DNA of 64,000 nt, from the NCBI RefSeq assembly GCF_009914755.1, contig NC_060941.1; one strand, given 5' to 3'. The DNA is from the human T2T-CHM13v2.0 reference genome, Homo sapiens. A program made the translations under genes and the position numbers. The notes under the pieces are model-generated. The model was given only the letters and a program-made list of their open reading frames with translations. It did not search any database and was not told where the DNA came from. Position 1 is the stretch's first letter; the number at the start of each line of letters is the position of its first letter. Shown here in pieces: positions 26,448 to 36,624 of this stretch.

Positions 26448-27370
26448 TCACAGAGCCAGCCAGCCTCTGCTGAATTCTTCTGGTGATGGGGAACTTACAC
26501 CTCATGAGACAGCTCATGCTAAAGGCATTAACACTGGAGACGCCCTTGGAGGTCGTCTTCCCACTGCCATCCCACCCTCTAGTCCTGCTAGCCCTGTGCT
26601 GCCTGGTGGGGAGGGCCTATTCTCTCTAAGGGGCCCACCTGCAGACTTTTGAAGATGATCAGCTAAGATCCCAGTTAAATGCCCCTGATGCCTTTAGCTG
26701 ATCTTCCCGGTCAACCTTCCAAAACACACAGTGGCTTGGCAGTGACGGCACGGCACTGGATGCGCCAGCGGGTCTAGGTGGCTCTGACCCCATCCCGTCC
26801 GCTCACTGGGTGATGGGGCAGGGGGCCTGGGAGGAAAATGGTGAGCTGGAGCCACCCCTGGATCTCAGACTTTGCTGATTTTACCCCAGGCCTTCTCCCA
26901 CCGTGTCTTGCCATGCAGCTGGAGATGGCTTCATTTTTTACATCATCCACCTATCGGAATGGACTCTCCATGGGTCATCCTGAGACCCTCTCCCCACGCT
27001 GAGTACAGAGCTTTGCACACGCCACGTGCTGAAGTGGAGCCCTGCTGGGGGTGGGGGGTGGGGGTGTCAGCGACCTCTTAGTCACCCTTGACTCCAGGGT
27101 CACTGGATCTTCTGTTTCCTTTTGCTTCCCCTGAATTTGTTGGTCTAGTTCCTTGTGAAGTCCCATCCGCTTATTAGCTACACCAGGAGACACAGAGGAA
27201 AACGGCGAGCGTCTCAGTCCCAAATGGGGAGAACAGGGCCTCTCCCCAGGCCTGGTGGTGGGGACCAGGGAAACCTCCAGGGTGAAAACACCTGGTAGAA
27301 GGTTTCCTGGGGCAGGGACGAAGTGCTCACTATCACTTAGCTGTCCTCTGCCTTGCCCTATGGTCAGTCC

Positions 27371-27898
27371 CACACACACAGGCACACACACAATGCACAC
27401 TCACATGCACTCACATACATGCCACGTGCACACAATGCATTCACTCACATGCACACAGACACACGCACACAATGCAGCCACACGTGCACACAGACACATG
27501 CGCACACACACACATCCACAATGTACTCTCACACTCAGACACGCACACATGCACTCACACACACTGACACAATGCATATCACATACGCCACATGCACACA
27601 ATGCAGTCACACACGCATACTGACACATGTCCACAATGCACTCTCACCCACTCACAGACACATGCACAGTCACACACTGATACACAATGCACACTCACAT
27701 GCACTCATACATTGACACATGCACACACCACTCACACTGACACACATCCACAATGCAGTCGCTTACATGCACTGACACACACCCAATGCACACAACCACT
27801 CACACACAATGCACACTCACATGCACTTGCACACACACAGACACATGCACACAATGCATTCACACGCACACATACACTGACGCACACACAACACACTT
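27371..27898 (+). repeat. Degenerate CA-rich low-complexity tract
   Basis: About 530 bp of CACA/CATGCA/CAATGCA motifs. Confidence 0.95.
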
Positions 27899-30800
27899 GC
27901 CCCACTTAGCACAGGGCCCGGCACAGTGAGGAGCAGGTGACGTTTGTCTAAGTGAGACTGAGGCCTAGGAGTAGGCGACCTGGGCACAGGAGAGCTGAGC
28001 GTCCCCTTGCAGGGTACAGCCACGAATCCCAGCAAAATGCACCTTCATCCACAGTGGCCTCTGCCTGGAACGGTTCCTCCTTCCCCTGCTTGCAGGCCTC
28101 AGCTCGGGGCCTCCTCTGCCCCTCTCCGAGGCCCCCGTGCCAACCCCCAGGCATGCCCCAGCCCCTCCTGCCTCTTCCTTCCTCTTCCTCCATACCTGGC
28201 AAGTCTATCTGCCTCTTTAGTGACACTCTATCTCCCTTCCCCACCCACATGATAACTCCGCCAGGGCAGCGGTGACTCATGGGGGTCTGACACGCAGGTG
28301 GGAGTACCTGGCGATGGCCAAAGGACACATGGCTGAACAGCGCTTGGGCAGCATGAGGTCCCTGACCCTGAGCACCTGTCATTTCCCAACTGGCATCCTC
28401 GCTCTTTCACATAAGGAAACTGAGGCTCCAGGGACAGGGAGCTCACGCTAGGCCACCAGGCTGGTCACCAGAAGGGCCCAGGACAGCAGACTACCCCACC
28501 CATCCCGTTCCTCTGGAGTCCCTGTCATAACGGCTTCAGATGGACACGGACCTATGACCACTCCCAAGGCTGGCATGGAGTCACTCTCCTGGGATCTCCC
28601 GGTGTGGGCACTGGCCGAGGGTGGGGTGACTGGGGTCCTTTCCCGCGGGCGTGCTGCCCACTGGAGTGTGATGAAGCAGCCCTCTTCCTGTCTCCAGGCG
28701 GTCCAGGGCCTGGCAGACACACTGCCTAGACCACCCCTCTCCTGCCCCGCTGCCCTGGCTCCCCAGTGCTCCCTGGACGAGCTCCCCAGGGTCAGATGCT
28801 TGAGGCTGACTCACCACAGCTCAGAAGCTGGGCACGCCCGAGTTGCCGGCTCTTGGGGTGGCGCCTCTGAGGGTGATTAAGAGGCTGTTCAGAAAGCCTG
28901 GATTGGTGGTGGGCAGCAGGTCCGAGCTGCGGGGCGCAGTAGCCTCTGCAGCCCCAAAAGCTCTCTGGAGAGAAGATGTAAAACCCTGCCTCAGAGGCTT
29001 AGACACAGACACCCCGGCTGGAAGGGCAAGACGGCTGGTGGACTCCCCACTCTCTCTGACCACCTGGGGGCTCGCATACACCCTCACAGCCAGTGCCGGG
29101 GAGATGTGCTTGTCACCCTGGGGACCAATTTCTGTGACTGAGTTGTGTCTGTGAACCCCAGGAAGGGCAGGACAGGGTCCTTTACTCTGGACTCTAAACT
29201 CAGGGCCTACTGTGGTGCTTGGCCCAAACGGCAGCTCCAGGAGGAATTTGCGGAAGGGGGTCCTCTGGAGACGGTGACGCCCCACCTCTTTGCCTTCTCC
29301 TCTTCTGTGGATTCCCTGAGCTGTGCAGGGACCCCAGGGCGAGGGCATGGCCCTTGGATACAAAGACCCTGCCTGCCCCACAGAGGTCTGGGCCCAGCAG
29401 AGACAAGACTTGCTCCATTGCCCTTCTGTGGCTGTCGGGCCCATCTCTGTTGAGCTGGTAAGGGACCCACTGTCCACAGTTCAAGCTGGACCTGCTGGCA
29501 CCAGAGCCCCCAGCACCCCCCAAGCAGGGCCCATGGCATGAGCCCAGCAGCTCAGCCGAGTAGTCCCAGCCTTCCTGCCCAGGCCCAAGCCCCCCAGCCC
29601 CAACTGGGTCTCCTTCCAGAGCTGAACTCGCTGCCCCGGAGGGACTGTGAAACCAATGGCCATATTCCAGCTGCGCTGGTGACACAAGAAGTCGGAGTCA
29701 GTCCTTCTGGTCTCGAGTAATGCGATTTGCAAGATACACACAGCCCCCGACAAGCCAAGTCTGCCTGGTGGATGGGTTGGCTGGAGGGGGTTTCCCAGGG
29801 GCCTAGTTAGAGCCTGGGGGATGAGGAGGGGCTGGAATCTTCCGGGAGGAAGTAGTGGTGGCTCTCCCTGAAGGAGAGAAGCAGAGAAAAAAAAAATGAC
29901 CGTGGCAGAGAGAATAGAAATTAGGCAGGGAGGGAAGAAAAAGGTGAAAAGGGAGAAGATTAAAAGCATGGAAAATTCTAGGGGCCACAGCTGATCATAA
30001 AGGCAGAAGAAAAAGGGTTAAGGCCGGTTAGGAAGCTCCGAGACAGGTGCTCCAGAGAAGGAAGCCAAGAGAAGAGACAGACGGTGACCTGTAATCTCCT
30101 TCACGGAGGTCCCAGCTGCTGTCCCGGTCTGGGTCGGAATCCACTGGCCTCCCCTAGTCCCCACTATGCCCCCTGGGTCCCACACCACCAGGAGCTCCGG
30201 ACCTCCCTCTGGACGCCTGCCCATGGGACTGTCTGTCCTGGCCCAGGTGCCACATGGGCCTAGCCTGGGCTGAGCTGGGTGCCAGGGGTTGCAAGCACCT
30301 CCCCAGAGCTGGCCCAAGGCCACCACTGGCCTCCTCCTCTCCCCCCCCGCCCTCTCCCCAGCCTTGGAACCTGATATTCTGCTTTAAGCCACCTTTGGGT
30401 TGTGTCCCCAGGACCAGAGGACAGGAGACAGAAGGGCACGTGGGCTATCTTGGCCTCCACCTCCTCCAAGGACGGCAGCCGTTTGTGCTTCCCAAGTTGT
30501 GTGGCTCAGCGTCTGCCCTGCAGGTCTAGCGGGCAGCAGACACCCCGCTGTGCCAGGCTGGAGAGGAGAGGCGGGAGGCACATTCATTGCATGGCTGCAG
30601 CGTTCTCCCCTGCCCTCTGCTAACCTCCCAGCATGCCGAATGGCCGTCAGCTTACCCCCCTCTGCGAGCCCAACCTGCTCCTCTGGCCCATACCGGTTGG
30701 AGAGCCAGGGGGCACACTGGCACACCCATGCTGCCCACCAAGCCCAGGTCCTCAGGTGGGACAGGTCGGGATGGGCATTCTTCCCATGTCCATCCCAGAG

Positions 30801-31599
30801 CCTGGGTGCAGGTGGACCCGCTTCCTAGACCCTCCATGGGCAGGGGTCGGGGAGATTTTACTAGTAGTTCCTGGGAACTGGTACATGATTCAAACCTTAG
30901 TCTGCTCAGCCATCAGGATGAGGTTTTGCAGCCTCTTTAAGGGACCTGAAAAATCCTACCACCCTCAATCAAGCGCAGAGTTAGCTGCTCCCCATTGCCT
31001 GGACCATCCCTGGCCCCGGCCCTCTCCAGCCCCTGAGAAACACACATTTGTCCACGTTGGGAGGAGCCCCAGTCTCTGGACAGAGACGGCCCCCAGGGAA
31101 GTTGGAGGTCCGAGGCTGCTGGCTGCGCACAGCCCACATGCCCCGCCGAGTCTCAACACTGAGCAACCCGCCGATCCTCCACCGAGCAGCCCCCATCTGT
31201 GTCCAGGGCCGGAGCTTTCTCCTCGGCCATCACTGCCGGGCTCCTACGGGCTCCTTCCCCGCCGCCACGTCCACCAGCCATGCTTATCCTGTGTCCAGCC
31301 AGCCAGAGCTCCCTGCTCAGAGAAACTCACTCACCCCACGGAACAAGACACCATGTGGAGGTTTCCGAGACAGGACCCTTCCGCTTTTCTGAACCCAAAG
31401 GAATCTCCTAAACTTCGCTGGGTGTCAGGGTTCAGGGGAGATCAGGCTAAAGACTTGCAGGAAAAGCCAAGAAAGAGCTTAAGCCTCAAGAAGCCTCCAG
31501 ATAATGCATGTTTTCTTTTGCACATGGCCAAGAAAAGGGGTTGGAAAAGGACCAGAACTTCCCGAATCTTCGTTGTTCAGGAGAAAGCGACATGGACTC

Positions 31600-31740
31600 G
31601 AGCCCCAATTCTGGAATCTGGCTGCCTGGGCTGGAATCCAGGTTCTGCTTCTCAGCAGCTTCCCGAGGTAGTACGTGACCTAACCTCCCAGTGCCTCGGT
31701 TTCTCCAACTGAAAACGTGCATGTCCACACCCTCAGCAGA
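31600..31740 (+). mobile_element. MIR fragment
   Basis: TCTGGAATCTGGCTGCCTGGGCTGGAATCC...TAACCTCCCAGTGCCTCGGTTTCTCCAACTGAAAA. Confidence 0.6.
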
Positions 31741-34700
31741 TTCCAGAACAAACGTCAGCTGCCAAGAAATGAAACTGGGGAAGAACCCACAAATGTAACC
31801 GAGCTACTTCAGTAACCAAATGACATCAGGGTAAAGAGGTCTCACCTGTACGGATGCGTGGCTCAAAGCAAGGACCAAGTGCCATCCTTTCCCCCCAATC
31901 ATTCCCAGGGAGTGAGGGCGCAGGACCGCTGCGTGGGTTCATTCAGAATAAACATCACCCGACCTCAACTACTTGTCTGGTTAAATTCTCCAGTGAACAG
32001 GACAATTTTTCGGATGTGGCTGCAGCCAGCAGACCAGACCTGGGCAGCAATGGATGCTGCCGCGGGTGCACGAGCTGCTGTTCAGTGCCCTCCTCCCTCC
32101 GCTGGCCAGTGGTGGGATACTCTCTAGCCACCCATGCTGACCCGCGAGCCAGCGTGTCTCAGACGGGGTTCCTGGAATCCCACCAAGTCAACAGGGGAAG
32201 CATCAACAGCCCAGGGAACAGAGACTAAACGCAAGGTGCAAGGGGTGGTGCTACGTCTGCCACAGTAATTAATCCTGATTAAAAATGCCTGTGATTAGCA
32301 GCCTCGCTACCTTAGAGGGAAGAGAGAATGATTATTAATAAGAACAGTGCCTCCTAATGAATCTCAGAACAGACCCTAGAATCCCCCTGCCCCTCGGCGG
32401 AGCCTTTGGGTTCCACAACCAGAGGGAACGTGCTCTGCCATCAACAACTCCAAGAAGCAATTGCTGGGCACCGTGAAGCCGCTCGGAAACGCCGCATCCT
32501 CCACGGAAGCTTCCGGTGCCTGGTGATGTTTACCTCAGCAAGGGAGACTATCTGTGATTTCACCTTGATTGAGCACACACGGAGAGCAAAAGCAACGGAA
32601 TTCACGACGCGTCCCCCAGGAAGACCCTGGGTCCTCTCAGGGCCAGTCCCTCTCCCCCGGCCAGCCCCCTCCCCTCCCCTTACAATACTTGAAGGCACTC
32701 ACAGCCCTCTCCCCCGGAGCCATTTACTGGCTTGCAATAGGATGGAATAAGATTCTCTTTTATAGGAGACTGCAGTTTAATAATAAAGTAATTACCGTGA
32801 CAAAATCCCATTTTTCGAGCTTGGGGTTTTTTCCTCCTATCCTCTCAAACTTGGTCCGCTGGATCCCAGGCCAGGGCCTCCCAGGGAGTCCTGCTGATGG
32901 TCTAGATTTTCAGATGAGCTCCTTCTTGCCCTGAAAGGTGACCAGTATCAGCCCCAACCCTCCTCACTGGCCATCATGCACCAGCAACAAAAGCTTCAGG
33001 GTTCCTAGGAGGGGTCAGATGTGGGGGGACCACGGCACGGGGCTACCCTTCAGGGAGCTAGGCCGGCGCCCAAGTGGGGCTCCTGGAGGTGGGCTGAGTG
33101 GGCAGGAAAGCTTCAAAGGGCATGAAGTGAGTGTGGCCCAGGGTCACCCCTCATGAGCTCTTAACAAACACCAGAGCCCAATGCACAGCTGGAGTTCTCC
33201 TGGTGTCAGATGATCCGAAATCATCCCGGGATGGTCGGAACTCAGAAATATCACCTCCGCTGCTGGGAGAGGGGCTGAGAAGACAGAGGGACCAACAACA
33301 AGTGCCTCTAATTAATCACAGAACTGTTGTGTCTCAGGAGGGACACACCCCATCCCCAGCCTACCTAGGGTCCAACCCAAGGCAGCAGGAAAAGGCTCAC
33401 GCTTCAGTAGAACGGAATTCCGCTGGGTGAGGTTTTAGTTGGTAATTTCCAGTGTGAAAGACTATAGGCTTAGAAAGCCTGTTTAAATGCTGCATCTTAA
33501 TGTGCCTCAAACTACGTCTCCTGTCTTGCTTGATTTCACGTCTTTTGCTCCCGCTCTTGTTATCAAATGTGCTGTTGAGATTGAATGTACAGCCTACATA
33601 TGGTGCCAACACTCACGCAGAGGACCTGCAGCCCCCACCTGGGAGGCTGGAGCACCGCAGGCTCTCATTTCTAGAGGCCTGGCCGGGTACGGCCCTAGGC
33701 CCCTCCTCCTGCGGCCTTTACCTCCGGGGGCTGCTGCAGGCTCTGGCTCATTCCAAAGGTGGTTTGGGATAAGCGGGTTCCCAAACTAAATGTCGTTATT
33801 TGTTTCTTAACGGTTCTGGACCGCCCCAGCTGTGTGTGCTCGCCTAAAAACATACACCCACAAATAGCCAGGAAATGGCTGCATTCTAGACCTTTCCGGA
33901 GTCCACCGAGACACATGGCCAACCACCCCAGCAGAACAGCCGCGGGCGAGGGAAGGAAAGTGAATGCTCAAAGCCCGGGGCAACAGCAGGCTCTGGCTTT
34001 CCCAGGGACAATTCGGGATGGCTATGGCTCCGTGGACATCTTTTTGCCTTCCCACTGCCCCTACAGAAAGCTCCAAATGCCACAAGTCAGGGATGCATTC
34101 ACCTAGCTCTGGAGAAATCGGGGTGTCTTCCCCGTGGGTCATGTTGGTGGACTCACCCCAACTATGAGCGCTGGTCTAATTCTACCGAGACAGCGCCAAA
34201 TGTGTGGCTGCCATTTTTCGGAGGCTTGCCTCTACTTCATCTTAACTCAGCCCTCACATTCAGCCAGTGAGGACTATGTCATTCAAGGAAGACACTGAGG
34301 TTCAGAGTGGTGATAACTAAGACAACAGAATCAATAAACCATGGATTGGTCTCCAGACCAGGACCCTTACTCTAAATCCTACACTCTATCTGCAGAAACC
34401 CAGAGCTACGCTTCCTGCTGCCTGGGACATTCCTGCCATGCCTGGGTGGCTGTACAGCAGATCTGTCCCCAATAACCTGACCTGGCCACCCCAGAGATTC
34501 CCAAGTCAGTCCTATGCTCATGGAAAACCGGGAGGGGCTGGGAACCTGACCTCGGAGGCCTATCCTGACTCCCTGTGATTCAGTGTCAACTGGGAATTTA
34601 GGGCAATGGCCATGGCCTGGGATTGGATGACTTCCTGCCTGTCAGTTTGGGGGCTCCCCAGTGGCTCCTGGGCTGTGTCCAGGAGTCCCCAGATGTCACA

Positions 34701-35071
34701 GGTGGTCCTGGGAAGATGGCACCAAAGATCAAGGGCCCTGGGCTGCAGGCCACTGCCGGCCACCCTCTGCCACTGCTGGCCACCCTCTGCTCCTGGACCA
34801 GCCTCTGCTCCTGACCATCACACAGTTCCCCTGTCCCTCTGCGGCTGCTACGTTTGGCAGTCCCTCATGCATGGGCCCTTGTAACGGGCTGACCCAAGTG
34901 CCCAGGGGCTAGCTGCCCTGGGCCAGCTCGGAAGGTCCCATCTTTGCCTTCTCTGTCCATTGCTCCACCTTAAACCACCTTCTATAGCTCCTTGGAGGGC
35001 CAAGGGGCACAAACGGGTAAGAACCCATCACCCAAAGGCCCAGACCCCTGGAGTCTCTCATTGTCTCCAAG

Positions 35072-35073
<2 letters not shown>

Positions 35074-35111
<38 letters not shown>

Positions 35112-35112
35112 A
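35074..35112 (+). repeat. (CA)n microsatellite
   Basis: About 15 perfect AC units plus an interrupted extension. Confidence 0.95.
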
Positions 35113-36366
35113 ATCACTCTTCTCCATTTCTCCTCCAACGTGTGCATGGAAGCGGGGGTGGGGAGACATCTTCATGGAGACTCTTGGCCTGGCCTGGCCA
35201 AGTTCCTTGGGGTGGGCACCCTGTACTCTCTCTCTCTCCAGTCTCGAAGCCCCCAACACGGGGTGCAGAACGCGTCCTATGGGAACCCCTCTCACTGGGC
35301 CCTGCAGGCCCCAGGATGAGCCTGAAGTGCTCACAATCCCACCAGGCTCCTCCAGCAGCCGCCCCCACCCCTGCAGGCCCAAGCAGAGGGTGAGGGTGGG
35401 AACCGAAAACAAGGCAGACGCCACAGCGCCAGGAGGAAGAGACAGGCCCAGAGATGTGGGCAGCCAGGGTGGGTGAGGCCAGGGTATTAAAGCCCGGGCC
35501 AGGCTGGCGCCGGGAACTGCGGCCCACAGAGGCCGAGGGGCCTGGGGGAGACGAGGGAGTCCCCCTCTGTCCCCAGTGCAGGCCTGGGACTGCACTAATT
35601 CCGCATTGGGTGGCAGCGCAGGACCCCCGTCCCCTCCCCCAACGCCCCGGCCGGCCGGCGGGCAGGCGGCTGCTGATGCTCTGTGCGCACCTCCCCACGG
35701 GGCATCCTGGGGATCTGGTGGCTCAGAGTCGCCGACTTTCCTGCCCCCACCCAACCCCAACTCGCCAGCCGGAGCTTCCTGCGCAGCCCCCAAGATTGCA
35801 AAAGTCTGGCCCCAGCCCCCTCCCCGGCCAGAGCTCCTGGGGCCTCCCTCGCCAGGCGGGTGGCCCGCCTCCCCCGCCTCCCCGGAGGCCCGGCGCGCGG
35901 TCTGCGCTGCAGCAGAGCTCGGCGCCCCCGCCGCCACCTCTGCGCGCCCCCCGGCTTTCCCGACGCTGCCAGGGAGGATGCCCCGCTCCCCGCCCCGAGT
36001 CCCCAGCGGCCCGGCGCGAAGTTCCCCAAAGTGACCCGGGCGCCGAGAACCCCCGCCCCCTCCCCTCGGGCTTCCCCGGAGACTCCGCCCGCCGCCCCCT
36101 CCCGCGCCTTCGGAAAAGTTGCGAGCGACGCCCCAAACTCCGGCCCCCACGCCTCGCGCCGCGCGCGCCCTGGGCGCCCCCGCGCTCGGCCGCCGCGCAG
36201 GGGCGCAGTTCCCCCTACCCCAGCCCCGGCGCCATGACGCGGGGAGCGCAGCGGGGGCCACCGGTGGCGGCGGCGGCGCAGAGGCGGCCAAGTGCGGGGC
36301 GTGGGCGGCAGCGCGGGGCGCACGTGCGCCGGGCCGGGGGCCGGGGCCGGGCGGGGGGCCGCTTAC

Positions 36367-36471
36367 CTGTTGGAGGTAGAGGAAGGCGGGCGGGCAGGGC
36401 ACGGAGTGCTGGAGCATGCTGCCGGAGTTGGACAGCAGGAGGCAGCCCGAGTTCGCCATGGAGCACAGCAT
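36367..36471 (-). CDS. RBFOX3: Alternative first coding exon (35 codons) of an RBFOX-family splicing regulator, probably RBFOX3/NeuN; the rest of the CDS is outside the window
   Basis: ATG at 36471 lies in the CpG island with an in-frame TAA upstream (36612-36610). Exactly 35 codons (MLCSMANSGCLLLSNSGSMLQHSVPCPPAFLYLQQ) end at a consensus donor CAG|GTAAGC (intron starts 36366, phase 0). The peptide is recalled as a vertebrate RBFOX3 alternative N-terminus. Phase 0 fits my recollection that RBFOX first exons splice onto an exon with 11 codons before MAQPY. Gene identity is from recall only. Confidence 0.78.
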
Positions 36472-36609
36472 GGGGCGGCAGGGGGGCGCCCGGCGGCGGC
36501 TCTGCGCTCGCTGCGTCCCTCGGAGTGTGCGCGCGCCCTGCCTCCCGGGCGCCCTCCCGGTCTCTCTCCTCCTCCTCCTCTGGGCCTCCCCTCCCCCTCG
36601 TGGCGCTCT

Positions 36610-36624
36610 TTAAGAGGGAGGCAT
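36610..36624 (-). other. 4-codon upstream ORF (MPPS*) in the presumed 5' UTR
   Basis: ATG CCT CCC TCT TAA on the minus strand, 153 nt upstream of and in frame with the main ATG; relevant only if the TSS lies above 36624. Confidence 0.5.

Noticed and set aside
27255-28035. His/Thr-rich and Cys/Val-rich ORFs
   Set aside because: Translation of the CA-rich low-complexity tract
30633-31712. 359-aa plus-strand ORF
   Set aside because: No recognisable domain, runs into a MIR, antisense to the inferred host gene, no splice or promoter support
34909-36366. 520-aa minus-strand ORF (34909..36471) as a single-exon gene
   Set aside because: Only the first 35 codons precede a consensus donor. The rest is read-through of stop-poor CpG-island intron and a (TG)n repeat, giving a low-complexity G/A/P/R and VCVC sequence.
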